Shown piece after piece: positions 12,834-25,077 of a stretch of 32,000 nt of DNA. Location: NCBI RefSeq assembly GCF_001457595.1, contig NZ_LN831039.1:5340001-5372000 (forward strand). The letters run 5' to 3'. The notes below the pieces were generated by a model that saw only the letters and a program-made list of their open reading frames with translations, was not told where the DNA came from and searched no databases. This stretch comes from Mycolicibacterium smegmatis (GTDB lineage Bacteria > Actinomycetota > Actinomycetes > Mycobacteriales > Mycobacteriaceae). How positions within the stretch are numbered: position 1 is the stretch's first letter; every line of letters starts with the position of its first letter. The position numbers were made by a program, and so were the translations under genes.

Positions 12834-14092
12834 GCCAACTCGGCCCGCAGCGTCGACGGGATCAGCGGCTCGTCGAGCAACCGGCCGAACCGCTCGGTGA
12901 GACCCACCTCGGCTGGGCGCGCGTCGAGCCAGTCCTTGAGCAGCCGATAGCCCTCGATGTAGGTGCTCGTGTAGGCCCGCCACAGCGGCGAGGACAGGAA
13001 CCGCAGCATCTGGCGGGCCCGCTCGTCGTTGACCAGCAGCCAGCGCCGCAGGTACGCGACGACGTCGTCGACGTCGCGGTGCTCGTCGTGCAGCATGATC
13101 GCGGCGTCCTGGCGCACGTCGGCCAGCCCGGCCATCGCCTCGGAGATCTTCTCGGCCCGCTCCCCCTCGAACCGCAGGCCCAGATCGGCGTAGATCTCCT
13201 GCGCCCACGTACCCCAGCCGGGCCCGATCGCCGCGTACAGCGCGAGGTCGGCCAGGCCCTCGGCCATCAGGCACTGCGGGGTGTTGACCAGGAAGATCGT
13301 CTGTTCGAGCTGGTTTCTGCCCTCCACCAGCCCGAGTTCCTTGCGGCAGTGCTCGGTGTGGTGGCCCGGGTAGGACTCGTGGGCGACCAACCGGGGCAGG
13401 TTCGCCATCTGCTGCTTGAGGTCGGCGTTGACGGCGACCGTCGACTTGTAGTCACCCAGGTAGTAGTTGAACCCCGACCATGGCTTGTCGGTGACCACCT
13501 CGTAGTTGATCACCTCGGTCTCGGGCAGCGGATACTCGGCGCGCACGCGGTCGCGCAGGGCCGACGAGAACGCGTGGATGCACTCCTCGAGCCGCTCCGG
13601 CGGGATCTCCTCGGCGCTGCGGTGCGCCTGGATCCGCTCGGCCAGCGGCCCGGTGCCGCCGAGCGCCTCGTCGAGACGTGCGTGGGCCTCGCGGTAGCGC
13701 TCGGGATCGCCCTTGGTGATGCGCACGTCGAAATAGGCCTCGACCTCGTCGACGAATCCCACGTCCTCACCCGCGAACTTGCGGCCCGCGAAGCTCAGCG
13801 CGCGCAGGTGCGACGCGACGTACGCCGCGCGGTCGGGCTCGAGGTCGTCGGGGATCTGTGTGAGCAGGCGGTCGGCCTGGCGCGCGAGGTCCGCCGGGTC
13901 CGGTGCCGGTTCGTTCTCGACGACGCGACGCAGAGCCGCGTCGCCGGTGAAGGAATCGACGTAACCCTCCTCGATACGGTCGAAGCGCAGCCCGAGCAGC
14001 AGATACTCGCGGATGACAGCGGCCGCGTCCGAGCCGGTGCCTGCCCCCGCGTCGCCGCCGGTGCCCGTGGAAAAGCCCATCCCGTTACCCAT
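12815..14092 (-). CDS. DUF885 family protein (predicted metallo-peptidase-like)
   Basis: [20 protein letters not shown]...[22 protein letters not shown]...[15 protein letters not shown], with HESYPGHH typical of DUF885. ATG 14092 or 14080 is preferred; the tracked start 14305 would run antisense into coaA. Confidence 0.85.
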   Translation of the reverse strand: MGNGMGFSTGTGGDAGAGTGSDAAAVIREYLLLGLRFDRIEEGYVDSFTGDAALRRVVENEPAPDPADLARQADRLLTQIPDDLEPDRAAYVASHLRALSFAGRKFAGEDVGFVDEVEAYFDVRITKGDPERYREAHARLDEALGGTGPLAERIQAHRSAEEIPPERLEECIHAFSSALRDRVRAEYPLPETEVINYEVVTDKPWSGFNYYLGDYKSTVAVNADLKQQMANLPRLVAHESYPGHHTEHCRKELGLVEGRNQLEQTIFLVNTPQCLMAEGLADLALYAAIGPGWGTWAQEIYADLGLRFEGERAEKISEAMAGLADVRQDAAIMLHDEHRDVDDVVAYLRRWLLVNDERARQMLRFLSSPLWRAYTSTYIEGYRLLKDWLDARPAEVGLTERFGRLLDEPLIPSTLRAELAAGTSA

Positions 14093-14122
14093 GCCCTCAA
14101 CCGTAAATGCAAGACTGACCGA

Positions 14123-15061
14123 ATGCCGCGGCCCAGCGAGCCGAGCCCCTATGTGGAGTTCGACCGAAGTCAATGGCGTTCCCTGCGCATGTCGACGCCG
14201 CTCAAGCTGTCCGAAGACGAACTCGTACGCCTGCGCGGTATGGGCGAGAAACTCGACCTGCTGGAGGTCGAGGAGGTATACCTGCCGCTCGCCCGGTTGA
14301 TCCACCTACAGGTGGCGGCGCGGCAGCGGTTGTTCGCCACCACCGCCGAGTTCCTCGGCGAGCCCCAGCAGAACCCGGATCGCCCGGTGCCCTTCATCAT
14401 CGGCGTCGCGGGCAGCGTCGCGGTCGGCAAGTCGACCACGGCGCGCGTGCTGCAGGCGCTGCTGGCGCGCTGGGAACACCACCCCCGCGTGGATCTGGTC
14501 ACCACCGACGGGTTCCTCTACCCCAATGCCGAACTCGCGCGGCGCAACCTCATGCACCGCAAGGGTTTCCCGGAGAGCTACAACCGCAGGGCGCTCATGC
14601 GCTTCGTCACCGCGGTCAAGTCCGGCGCCGACGAGGCCGCCGCGCCGGTGTACTCACACCTGCTCTACGACATCGTGCCCGGCGAGTACCAGATCGTGCG
14701 TCACCCCGACATCCTGATCCTCGAAGGGCTCAACGTCCTGCAGACCGGGCCGGCGCTCATGGTCAGCGACCTGTTCGACTTCTCGGTGTACGTCGACGCG
14801 CGCATCGAGGACATCGAACAGTGGTACATCTCACGGTTCCTCACCATGCGGTCGACGGCATTCGCCGATCCGGCATCGCACTTCCACAGCTATTCGACGC
14901 TGACCGACGAGCAGGCCGTGTTCGCCGCGCGCGACATCTGGCATTCGATCAACCGGCCCAACCTGATCGAGAACATCCTGCCGACCCGGCCCCGCGCGAC
15001 GCTCGTGCTGCGCAAGGACGCCGACCACTCGATCAACCGGCTGCGACTGCGGAAGCTCTAG
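14123..15061 (+). CDS. coaA: Type I pantothenate kinase
   Basis: 312 aa from [24 protein letters not shown]-loop [21 protein letters not shown] and [11 protein letters not shown]. The 782-aa tracked ORF is an upstream over-extension. Confidence 0.97.
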   Translation: MPRPSEPSPYVEFDRSQWRSLRMSTPLKLSEDELVRLRGMGEKLDLLEVEEVYLPLARLIHLQVAARQRLFATTAEFLGEPQQNPDRPVPFIIGVAGSVAVGKSTTARVLQALLARWEHHPRVDLVTTDGFLYPNAELARRNLMHRKGFPESYNRRALMRFVTAVKSGADEAAAPVYSHLLYDIVPGEYQIVRHPDILILEGLNVLQTGPALMVSDLFDFSVYVDARIEDIEQWYISRFLTMRSTAFADPASHFHSYSTLTDEQAVFAARDIWHSINRPNLIENILPTRPRATLVLRKDADHSINRLRLRKL

Positions 15062-16550
15062 CCTCCCCTTCGATCAGCGGTCCGCAGCGCACACCGAAAC
15101 GCTCGCGCACGGTGTCCAGCGACCGTCGCAGGTGCTCGCTCTGGCGGCGATGGGTGCGCATGAAGTGCAACCCCGCGGCGGTGCGCCGGTACCACGGATA
15201 CCAGCGCGCGAAGTCCAATCCGCATTCGCGGAACACCTTGCCCGGCACGGTATCCGCGATCAGGCCGAGGTTGTACTGCACGAGGGTGAACAGCGCATAC
15301 GGCGCCACGGCCCGGTGTTTCTGCCAGAGCTCGACCAGATCGGCCTCGTACAACGGTAGGTCGCCGAGCTTGTCCCTCAGGAACAGATGTGTCAGGAAGT
15401 ACGCCGAGTACGACGTCAGATGCAGTGCGGCCGATCGTGGTTGGATCGACAGGACCGATCCTCCGGCCGATAGGCACGGCTCGTACGGGTGATCCCCCTT
15501 GAGCAGGTAACCGGTGCAGTTGACGATCCAGCTGTCGTCCTCGACCTGTCTCCTCGCACCGCTGCGCAGCACCATCTCGGTGCTGCCGTCACGGTCGACG
15601 ACGTCGACGAGGTGATCCATCAGCACCTCACGAAGACCGCCCGCGATGGTCGCGTTCTCGGCCTCCGAGAGCACCCCGAACAGGAAGTTGCCGGTTTGTG
15701 GTGTCAACCAGACACCGAATTCGCGACGGAACCAGTCGGCGACCTCTCCCTCGTTGGTTCCGTCGAAGCGACTGCACATCTCCTCGGCCATCGCGTTGAT
15801 CGACCGGCCGCCACCCCAGCGCCGGATTCCCGTCGGGAAGAGTTTGTCCCGGCAGCTGAAGTACGTTCCCGACCCGGCCACCAGATTCACCTCGCGGCCC
15901 GTTTGCGCGTTGATCAGTGTGTGCGCGGTGTCCATCCCGGTCTTGCCACCGCCGATGATCCACACCGGGGCATCGCTGTCTCGGATGTCGCCGCGCCGCA
16001 CGTCACAGGTGTCCGGCGACACCGACCGGACCCGCGTGCTCGACAACTTCAGGGGCGCGTTGAGTCTGAACCGCACGCCGTATGCCTTGATCAGCCGGGG
16101 CGCCTCGATGATGCGTTCCGTGCCGTCGGGCGCACGGCAGGTGATCCGCACACCCGCCCCGGACCCGCTGCCGAACTCCTTGTCCGACAGGAACTCCCAG
16201 CCGAATCGCGCGTCGACGGTGACCTGTTCTCCGATCACGTCGAGGCAGTGCCGGAAGTGGTCGAGCACCTCGGTCTTCGTGGGCAGATATGACGGCTCAC
16301 GTCCCAGCGTCCACTCGATGTTGCCTGCCGTGAACATCGGATGCGGTTGGTGCAACCGCACGTATTCATAGGTGTCGACCCACATTCCGCCGACCCGGTC
16401 CCGGCGGTCGAGCAGGATGATCTTCTGGTCGCGGCCCAGGTAGCGGCTCGCGACGAACAGCGCGTTGAGGCCGGCGATGCCCGCGCCGACGACGCAGAGG
16501 TCGCACGTGTCCACCTGCTGGTTGTCCTGCGTCTCAGCTGAAGTGGACAC
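15033..16550 (-). CDS. FAD-dependent monooxygenase-like oxidoreductase
   Basis: 505 aa. N-terminal Rossmann motif [35 protein letters not shown], second nucleotide-binding motif [13 protein letters not shown]. Tail-to-tail overlap with coaA. Confidence 0.85.
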   Translation of the reverse strand: MSTSAETQDNQQVDTCDLCVVGAGIAGLNALFVASRYLGRDQKIILLDRRDRVGGMWVDTYEYVRLHQPHPMFTAGNIEWTLGREPSYLPTKTEVLDHFRHCLDVIGEQVTVDARFGWEFLSDKEFGSGSGAGVRITCRAPDGTERIIEAPRLIKAYGVRFRLNAPLKLSSTRVRSVSPDTCDVRRGDIRDSDAPVWIIGGGKTGMDTAHTLINAQTGREVNLVAGSGTYFSCRDKLFPTGIRRWGGGRSINAMAEEMCSRFDGTNEGEVADWFRREFGVWLTPQTGNFLFGVLSEAENATIAGGLREVLMDHLVDVVDRDGSTEMVLRSGARRQVEDDSWIVNCTGYLLKGDHPYEPCLSAGGSVLSIQPRSAALHLTSYSAYFLTHLFLRDKLGDLPLYEADLVELWQKHRAVAPYALFTLVQYNLGLIADTVPGKVFRECGLDFARWYPWYRRTAAGLHFMRTHRRQSEHLRRSLDTVRERFGVRCGPLIEGEARASAVAAG

Positions 16551-16649
16551 GGCGACCTCCTCGACCGTCAGACCCGGTTGATCTTCAGTGTGGATCCGTT
16601 CGTGCCCGGCGGATCGCGTAACCGATTACCCGATTCAGGCGGGGCTGGT

Positions 16650-17057
16650 TCAGGCGGCGATACGGCGCGCGCCGACGAACTGCCACTCGGCCATCACGGC
16701 GGTGTACAGCCCCGTGCCGATGAGGATGACGACGCCCGCGGCGGTCAGCGACATCGTCACGGCCGCGACCACGGCGATCACGGTGCACACCGCATTGGCG
16801 ACCGACGTGCCGATGCCCGCGGGCCGCACCCGCTCGATCCCGGCGAGGGCGAGCACCGCGATGCCGTAGGCGACGGAGAAGATCCCGATCCCGTATTCGA
16901 CGGCGACCGGCAGTCCGGTCAACTCCGAGAACCAGCGTGGCGCGGCGAGCAGGGCGATGCCGCTGATGCCGACCAGCACGGCGTCGGTGCGCATGGCCAA
17001 CCGCAGCAGTGCACCGGAGGTCCTGACGGTGCCTGCGGTATTGGTGATGGCGGTCAT
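16650..17057 (-). CDS. Small integral membrane protein (about 4 TM helices)
   Basis: 135 aa, MTAITNTAGTVRTSGALLRLAMRTDAVLVGISGIALLAAPRWF..., mostly hydrophobic helices. Confidence 0.8.
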   Translation of the reverse strand: MTAITNTAGTVRTSGALLRLAMRTDAVLVGISGIALLAAPRWFSELTGLPVAVEYGIGIFSVAYGIAVLALAGIERVRPAGIGTSVANAVCTVIAVVAAVTMSLTAAGVVILIGTGLYTAVMAEWQFVGARRIAA

Positions 17058-17109
17058 TCGTTTCTCCTTATCTGGTGTTTTCTTGGTGACATCTGGGGCG
17101 GACAGGGAG

Positions 17110-17517
17110 TCACGCCAGACGGCGCACTCCGCGGTACTGCAGCCACGCCAGCGCGGCGGTGGCGGCGACGAAGCCGAGCAGCAGTTCGGTTCCCGCGCCG
17201 GTCAGTGGCAGCCACCCGGCGAGGACGGCCGTCACGGACGCGGCGGCGAACACCGTGTTGCCGGTCGCGACGGCGACGCCGACCTTGCGGATGGCGGGCA
17301 GGGCGGCGAGCACGTACAGCAACGCTCCGTAACCCACCAGCGCGGCGCCGATCACCCATCCGGCCGTCGCCGACAGCCCGGCGACGCGGGCCAGCGGGTC
17401 GGCGAGCATCGCGGTGAACAACCCGACGCCCGCGCACACCGTGGCGTCGGCGCGCAACGCGAACCGCAACAGGGAATCGGTCGAATCGGACAGTGGCCGG
17501 GTGGTGATCGCGGTCAT
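17110..17517 (-). CDS. Small integral membrane protein (about 4 TM helices), related to the neighbouring 16650-17057 gene
   Basis: MTAITTRPLSDSTDSLLRFALRADATVCAGVGLFTAMLADPLARVAGL... from ATG 17517, with GAGGAG Shine-Dalgarno immediately upstream. Confidence 0.8.
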   Translation of the reverse strand: MTAITTRPLSDSTDSLLRFALRADATVCAGVGLFTAMLADPLARVAGLSATAGWVIGAALVGYGALLYVLAALPAIRKVGVAVATGNTVFAAASVTAVLAGWLPLTGAGTELLLGFVAATAALAWLQYRGVRRLA

Positions 17518-17520
17518 GGC

Positions 17521-17550
17521 GGGCTCCTCAGGGCTCCTCGGTGCTCCTCG
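17521..17550. repeat. 10-bp tandem repeat, 3 units, containing SD-like sequence
   Basis: gggctcctca / gggctcctcg / gtgctcctcg; on the minus strand CGAGGAGCAC CGAGGAGCCC TGAGGAGCCC then GCC-ATG. Confidence 0.7.
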
Positions 17551-17596
17551 GTGTCGAGGCTTCGTGTCGAACACCTCAGAGGTTGCTCACAAGCCA

Positions 17597-17634
17597 CTGC
17601 CAGATCGACGCCAGACGCTGCCAATCACTGCCAA
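17597..17634. promoter_or_regulatory. Four phased direct repeats (TTGGCAG-like), putative regulator binding array
   Basis: Plus strand ctgccag (17597), acgccag (17608), ctgccaa (17618), ctgccaa (17628): spacings of 11, 10 and 10 bp. Confidence 0.45.
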
Positions 17635-17677
17635 GCGCAGGTCAGCGCAGGACTCGCGGGATTGTCGAGGCGGCGGG

Positions 17678-19042
17678 TCAGCGCCCGGCGGCAGGCGCGA
17701 CGCGCCCGCGCAGATCCGCCGCGATCACCTTGGCGGCGGCGTTCTGCCAGTTGTGCAGCGAGCGTTGCGGCACCTCGGTGACGAACCACTGCCAGGCCTG
17801 CCGCGCGACCGGGTCCAGGCCCGCCGCGGTCGCGTTCTGCGCGTAGGCGCGCACGCCGACGACGTACGGGAAGTACAGCGAGTTGTAGTGCCGCCATTCC
17901 TCGGTGGTGCCGAAGTCGCCGCCGTCGCGCGGCTTGAGCGCCGCGATCCGCTCGGCCAGCAACGCCTTGAGTTCGTTGGCCCGCTCGAGCGGCTGATCGG
18001 GCGCGCCGCGTGCGGCGAGGCGCGCGTCGATCTCGGGCAGCGCGGTCAGGGGGCTGGCCATGAGCTTCGACAGGTCGGCGTAGTGGCCCAGGGCACGGCG
18101 GGTGAGCCGGGCGAATGCGCCGTCGTCGAGATCGTCGAGCGGGCTGCGCGACCGCAGCGGCAGGGCGGCCTCGGTCGCGCGCAGCGCCTCGCGGTCGGCG
18201 CGCAGTTCGGGTGACCGGAAGAACGCGAGGCGGTCGAAGATGCCGGCCAGCGGGCCGGCCAGCACCTCGACGGCCACCGCGACCGCGAGGCTGGTGAACA
18301 ACAGCACCGTCATCGCGACATGGCCGTCGGCCGAGTCGAGGACCGCAAGCCCGATCAGGGCCTGCGCGGCGAACGGGATCGCGATCACCACGGTGCCGAT
18401 CACCGAGCGCCGCATGTCGGCGCGCAGCGCCTGCCCTTCGTCGAAGGCGTCCCAGATCGCGACGGCCACACCGAGCAGGGCGACGTCAAAACCCGTGGAC
18501 GCCAACGCCAGCCAGCTCGGCACCAGACCGAGCGGAATGATCAGGATCGCGTTGCCGAGCGCGAAGAACAGCGTCGCCACGACCAGGAACCCGACCACCG
18601 AACCCGGTTTCGCGCCGCTCACCACGGCCTTGATCATGGCGCCCAGCGACGACACCGAGATCACCGCGAACAGCAGCCAGTGGCCCAGGCGCAGCGGACC
18701 GTCGACGTTGCCGGCCACCGCGGCCGCCGCGAACGCCAGCACCGCGACCGTGAGGATCGCGATGAGCGCGGTCGCGCGCGAGCGGAAACCCTCGGCCGGG
18801 CGCGACAGTTCGACGAGCACCGCGAACCAGGCGATGGCGGGCACGGCCACCAGGTAGATCTCGATTCGGCTGAGCAGTTCGGAACCGGTGATGACGCGCA
18901 CCGCGTCCAGCGCGACGACCACCGCGAAGCTCGTCAGGCCGATCGCGGCGAACACCAGGACGGGTTTGCGCGGATCGCGGGCGACCAGGTACAGACCCAG
19001 CCACCAGCTGAGCGTGAAGACCACCGCCGACAGCGCAGCCAT
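17678..19042 (-). CDS. Multi-pass membrane protein with C-terminal soluble region
   Basis: 454 aa. Repeated hydrophobic helices (MAALSAVVFTLSWWLGLYLVARD, ALIAILTVAVLAFAAAAVAG, WLLFAVISVSSLGAMIKAV) followed by a soluble tail. Confidence 0.85.
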   Translation of the reverse strand: MAALSAVVFTLSWWLGLYLVARDPRKPVLVFAAIGLTSFAVVVALDAVRVITGSELLSRIEIYLVAVPAIAWFAVLVELSRPAEGFRSRATALIAILTVAVLAFAAAAVAGNVDGPLRLGHWLLFAVISVSSLGAMIKAVVSGAKPGSVVGFLVVATLFFALGNAILIIPLGLVPSWLALASTGFDVALLGVAVAIWDAFDEGQALRADMRRSVIGTVVIAIPFAAQALIGLAVLDSADGHVAMTVLLFTSLAVAVAVEVLAGPLAGIFDRLAFFRSPELRADREALRATEAALPLRSRSPLDDLDDGAFARLTRRALGHYADLSKLMASPLTALPEIDARLAARGAPDQPLERANELKALLAERIAALKPRDGGDFGTTEEWRHYNSLYFPYVVGVRAYAQNATAAGLDPVARQAWQWFVTEVPQRSLHNWQNAAAKVIAADLRGRVAPAAGR

Positions 19043-19061
19043 GGCCCCAGTGTGGCACGCG

Positions 19062-19853
19062 CTACTTGCCGAAGCGCCGGTGCCTTGCGGTGTAGTCGCG
19101 CAGCGCGCGCAGGAAATCGACCCGGCGGAACGCGGGCCAGTACGCCTCGGTGAACCACATCTCCGAATAGGCGCTCTGCCACAGCAGGAAACCGCTGAGC
19201 CGCTGCTCCCCCGAGGTGCGGATCACCAGGTCGGGGTCCGGCTGACCCGAGGTGTAGAGGTTCTCGGAGATGCCGTCGACCGTGACGGCCTCGATGAGCT
19301 GTTCGGCCGTGGCGCCGTTGGCGAGTTCCTTGGACAGCAGCGAGCGGACCGCGTCGACGATCTCCTGGCGTCCGCCGTAGGCGACGGCGACGTTGACGTG
19401 GAAGTTGGCGCCTTTGGTCGTGGTGCTCTCGACGGCCTCGCGCAGCCGGCGCGCCGGCTCGTCGCCCAGCAGTTCAAGGTCGCCGACGGTGCGCACGCTC
19501 CATTTGTTGTACGGCGCGCAGATCTCCTCGACGACGTCGGTGATGATCTCGATGAGCGCGGTGAGTTCGTCGGGATCGCGCTGCAGGTTCTCGGTGGACA
19601 ACAGGTAGATCGTGGCCATCTCGATCCCGGCGGCCTGACACCAGCGCAGCATCTCGGCGATCTTTGCCGCACCTTTGCGGTAGCCGATGCTGACGTCGTC
19701 GTAACCTGCGTCACGCGCCCAGCGGCGATTTCCGTCACACAGCACCGCGATGTGCCGTGGCAGTTGGGCTTTGGACCGCACCAATTCGTGGCGCAGCCGC
19801 ATCTCGTAGATCCGGTAGGCCGGTTCTTTGAGACGCGGGGGAATGATGTCCAC
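19062..19853 (-). CDS. Short-chain cis-(Z)-isoprenyl diphosphate synthase (Rv1086-like)
   Basis: Starts at GTG 19853 ([24 protein letters not shown]); [20 protein letters not shown] and [21 protein letters not shown] motifs. Confidence 0.93.
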   Translation of the reverse strand: MDIIPPRLKEPAYRIYEMRLRHELVRSKAQLPRHIAVLCDGNRRWARDAGYDDVSIGYRKGAAKIAEMLRWCQAAGIEMATIYLLSTENLQRDPDELTALIEIITDVVEEICAPYNKWSVRTVGDLELLGDEPARRLREAVESTTTKGANFHVNVAVAYGGRQEIVDAVRSLLSKELANGATAEQLIEAVTVDGISENLYTSGQPDPDLVIRTSGEQRLSGFLLWQSAYSEMWFTEAYWPAFRRVDFLRALRDYTARHRRFGK

Positions 19854-19911
19854 GAGAATCCAGACTACTGTTAACTGCGGGAATGACCCATCAGCTGTAT
19901 GTGGAGGTGAC

Positions 19912-20682
19912 ATGACCGCGCCGATCGACGGTTCTCACGATCGCCGGACAGCTCCCTACCGATCAGCGGCCGCCGATGCCGCGGGTTCGCAACGCCAAGC
20001 CGAGGACCTGCCCGCCGCGGTTGCCGACGGCGTTGCCCAGTTCTTCGGAAAACCACGGGCGCGCGGGTGGATTCACGTCTACTCGGCGATCGTCGCGTTG
20101 ATCGCGGGCGCCGCACTGGTGTCGGTGTCGTGGTCGGTGCAGTCGACGCGCGCCGGTCTGGCCACGCTGCTCTACACGTTCACGATCGTGGCGATGTTCG
20201 CGGTCAGTGGGGTGTATCACCGCGTGAACTGGACGTCGGTGACCGCGCGGAAATGGATGAAGCGGCTCGACCATTCGATGATCTTCCTGTTCATCGCGGG
20301 CAGCTACACACCGTTCGCCCTGCTGGCACTGCCCGAGTCGAAGGGCATGGTGCTGTTCTGGATCGTGTGGGGCGGCGCGATCGCGGGCGTGCTCCTCAAG
20401 ATGTTCTGGCCCTCGGCGCCACGCTGGCTCGGCGTACCGCTCTACATCCTGCTGGGCTGGGTCGCGGCATGGTTCATCGGGCCGATCATGGACGGCGCCG
20501 GTGTCGCGGCAGTGGTGTTGCTGATCGTCGGCGGCGCGCTGTACAGCGTCGGCGGCGTCCTCTACGCACTCAAGTGGCCGAACCCGTGGCCCGCGACCTT
20601 CGGTCACCACGAGTTCTTCCACGCCTGCACGGCCGTGGCGGCGATCTGCCACTACATCGCGATGTGGTTCGCCGTCTTCTGA
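19912..20682 (+). CDS. Hemolysin III / PAQR-like membrane protein
   Basis: 256 aa from ATG 19912 with GGAGGTGAC SD; [54 protein letters not shown]. Confidence 0.92.
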   Translation: MTAPIDGSHDRRTAPYRSAAADAAGSQRQAEDLPAAVADGVAQFFGKPRARGWIHVYSAIVALIAGAALVSVSWSVQSTRAGLATLLYTFTIVAMFAVSGVYHRVNWTSVTARKWMKRLDHSMIFLFIAGSYTPFALLALPESKGMVLFWIVWGGAIAGVLLKMFWPSAPRWLGVPLYILLGWVAAWFIGPIMDGAGVAAVVLLIVGGALYSVGGVLYALKWPNPWPATFGHHEFFHACTAVAAICHYIAMWFAVF

Positions 20683-20690
20683 CGCGTGGC

Positions 20691-20757
20691 ACCGCGAGCG
20701 TGCGTGTTTGCCCCTCGGCACGCCGCAAAACCTCAGCAGTACGCGCACGCTCGCGGT
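20691..20757. repeat. Long imperfect palindrome between convergent genes
   Basis: ACCGCGAGCGTGCGTGT (20691-20707) pairs with ACGCGCACGCTCGCGGT (20741-20757): 17-bp arms, one mismatch, 33-nt spacer. Confidence 0.8.
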
Positions 20758-20800
20758 GAGACGAACGTGCGCGTCGGTCGAGAGGTCCGCTGAAAGATCC

Positions 20801-21175
20801 CTACAGCTGCTTGATGTCAGCCGGTGACCAGTACGCCTTCATGGACGTGATCCGGCCGTCGCCGTCGAACGTCATCACCTCGATCGGCTCGATCCGCATG
20901 GCGTTGCCGATGGTGATGGCGAACAGGAAGGCCGCCTCGCTCCCGCCGGGACGGAAGCTCAGCAGCTCGGTCTTGATGTCGGTCGTCGCGGCGGTCATGT
21001 TCTTGTAGAACCCCTCGATGGCCTGGCGCCCGATGTGCACCTCGCCACTGCCGACCGGGTCCTCCACCGTCGCGTCGTCGGCGTACAGCGCGGCGATGTC
21101 GGCCGCGGAACCTCCTGCGACAGTGTCCAGGTAACGCTTGACGAACGACTCCAAGGCGGCGGCATCGTGGCTCAT
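20801..21175 (-). CDS. Ketosteroid-isomerase/SnoaL-like (NTF2 fold) protein
   Basis: 124 aa: VKRYLDTVAGGSAADIAALYADDATVEDPVGSG...IEVMTFDGDGRITSMKAYWSPADI. Confidence 0.87.
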   Translation of the reverse strand: MSHDAAALESFVKRYLDTVAGGSAADIAALYADDATVEDPVGSGEVHIGRQAIEGFYKNMTAATTDIKTELLSFRPGGSEAAFLFAITIGNAMRIEPIEVMTFDGDGRITSMKAYWSPADIKQL

Positions 21176-21186
21176 GGCCGCTGACG

Positions 21187-23160
<1,974 letters not shown>

Positions 23161-23179
23161 ACCACCACCCTAGGCGTGG

Positions 23180-23458
23180 CTACTCCGAACCCTTGGCCGT
23201 TCCGTTCTCCGGGGTGCTGTCCGGTTCGATCACGACGGTGCCCTCGTCGGCCTCTTGATCGGGTTCGGGGTGCTCGGGATCGAACGACTCCGGCAGGTTG
23301 CGCAGGTGCCGGTTCATCGACCACACCAGCGCGAACGTGCCGACCAGCAGTACGACGGTGATCAGCAGACCGAACGGTGCGGCCTTGCCGAACTCGGGGC
23401 CGGTGTTGCGGGGCTCGTCGGCCAGAAGAGTCACGACGGCCGTCAAGGTGTCGATCAT
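23180..23458 (-). CDS. Small single-TM membrane protein encoded downstream of mca
   Basis: 92 aa [65 protein letters not shown]...; ATG 23458 overlaps the mca stop (ATGA). Confidence 0.85.
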   Translation of the reverse strand: MIDTLTAVVTLLADEPRNTGPEFGKAAPFGLLITVVLLVGTFALVWSMNRHLRNLPESFDPEHPEPDQEADEGTVVIEPDSTPENGTAKGSE

Positions 23459-24321
23459 GGCTCGACCCCCTTGAACAGGTCGTCCTCGGGCAGCGTGACC
23501 GGCACGCGGGCCCGCGCGAGCTCGAACTCCTCGGTCGGCCACAACCGCTGCTGCCACTCGATCGGGGCGTGGAAGAAGTCGCCCTTGGGATCGATCTGTG
23601 TCGCGTGCGCACGCAACGCGTCGTCACGCTGGTGGAAGTACTCCGCGCAGTGCACGCGGGTGGTCACCCGGTTGGCGAACACGTCGTTGTCGGGATCCCA
23701 GTGCTCGAGCCATTTGGCGAACGGGCCCTCCTGCCCGTTCTTGGCGAACTCCTCCTGCAGGAGCTGCATGCGCTGACGGAGGAAGCCATGGTTGTAGTAC
23801 AGCTTCTGCACCGCCCACGGCTCACCGGCGTCGGGATACAGCAGGTGGTCGGCCGCGGCCTCGTACGCGGCCACCGACACCTGGTGGCAGCGGATGTGGT
23901 CGGGATGCGGGTAACCACCGTTCTCGTCGTACGTGGTCATCACGTGCGGGCGGAACTCGCGGATCACCCGCACCAGACGCTTGACGGGCTCCTCGAGCGG
24001 GACCAGGGCGAAACACCCGTCGGGCAGCGGCGGCAGCGGGTCACCCTCCGGCAATCCGGAGTCGACGAAACCCAGCCAGTGGTGCTCGACACCCAGGATC
24101 TCGGCCGCTTTGGCCATCTCGTCACGGCGCACCTCGGCGATCCGGCCGTGGACCTCGGGCAGGTCCATCGCCGGATTGAGAATGTCTCCGCGCTCGCCGC
24201 CGGTCAGGGTCACCACCATGACGCGGGCACCCTCGGCCGCGTAGCGCGCGGTGGTTGCCGCACCCTTGCTGGACTCGTCGTCCGGGTGGGCATGCACCGC
24301 CATCAACCGCAGTTCACTCAT
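23455..24321 (-). CDS. mca: Mycothiol S-conjugate amidase
   Basis: [50 protein letters not shown]; zinc motifs AHPDD and HPDH. Start 24321 rather than the tracked 24378. Confidence 0.96.
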   Translation of the reverse strand: MSELRLMAVHAHPDDESSKGAATTARYAAEGARVMVVTLTGGERGDILNPAMDLPEVHGRIAEVRRDEMAKAAEILGVEHHWLGFVDSGLPEGDPLPPLPDGCFALVPLEEPVKRLVRVIREFRPHVMTTYDENGGYPHPDHIRCHQVSVAAYEAAADHLLYPDAGEPWAVQKLYYNHGFLRQRMQLLQEEFAKNGQEGPFAKWLEHWDPDNDVFANRVTTRVHCAEYFHQRDDALRAHATQIDPKGDFFHAPIEWQQRLWPTEEFELARARVPVTLPEDDLFKGVEP

Positions 24322-24448
24322 TTCGTTCCATCTAACTACGGCGACCCTTTGCCTAATCCTTCGCCCATGTCCGTTCACCCCGACCGGCCGTTCGGCCGGC
24401 CATCTGACGGTGGCTACCCGTTTGTCCCCGCCTATAGTTCCAGTTCTG

Positions 24449-24877
24449 ATGATCGAACGCCCCGCCGCCCGGTACGGATCCCGCGAGCAACCGCGCCTCA
24501 GCCGCCGCTGGATCCTGATCGCGGTGGCAGCACTGGTGCTCGTCGCGGGTGTGATCGTCGCGGTCGTGGCGTATCAGCGCTTCGGCAGCGGCGAGGTGAA
24601 AGGCGAGCTCACGGGCTATCAACTTCTTGACGACGAAACGGTCCAGGTGACCATCGGGGTCGAGCGGCCCGACCCGTCCAAGCCCGTCGTCTGCATCGTC
24701 CGCGCACGGTCGAAAGACGGCAGCGAAACCGGGCGGCGCGAGATCCTGGTCCCGCCGGGAAGCGATCGTGTGGTGCAAGTCACCGCCGAGGTGAAGTCCA
24801 CGCGCAAACCCGTCATGGGCGACATCTACGGATGCGGCACCGATGTCCCGTCGTACCTGGTGACACCGCAGACCTGA
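24449..24877 (+). CDS. DUF4307 family single-TM protein
   Basis: 142 aa [50 protein letters not shown]... Divergent from mca. Confidence 0.85.
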   Translation: MIERPAARYGSREQPRLSRRWILIAVAALVLVAGVIVAVVAYQRFGSGEVKGELTGYQLLDDETVQVTIGVERPDPSKPVVCIVRARSKDGSETGRREILVPPGSDRVVQVTAEVKSTRKPVMGDIYGCGTDVPSYLVTPQT

Positions 24878-24956
24878 GTGACGCAACCAACACGGAATGG
24901 CATTGCGTCGACGACCCGGTGGTACGATTGTGCGATACACGGTTTCCCGCTGGGGC

Positions 24957-25010
24957 CGTGTATTGCTGCATTAGCGGTCAAAAAACCGCTTGCCGTGCCG
25001 GCAATACACG
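24957..25010 (+). promoter_or_regulatory. Structured leader region upstream of greA
   Basis: Nested stems: CGTGTATTGC (24957-24966) with GCAATACACG (25001-25010), perfect 10 bp; inside it AGCGGT (24973-24978) with ACCGCT (24985-24990), loop caaaaa. Confidence 0.55.
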
Positions 25011-25077
25011 CGCATCCTCCGGGCCTGAACAGACTTTCGTACAAAGCGCGAGACGACGACGACAGGAGCGCGAAGAC

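Noticed and set aside
11254-12900. 548-aa plus-strand ORF antisense to glyA
   Set aside because: Shadow frame; glyA motifs on the minus strand are unambiguous.
12713-14122. Long upstream extension of the coaA ORF (782 aa) and tracked start 14305 for DUF885
   Set aside because: Family-consistent coaA begins [15 protein letters not shown] at 14123 and DUF885 begins near 14092. The extensions are antisense read-through of the neighbouring gene.
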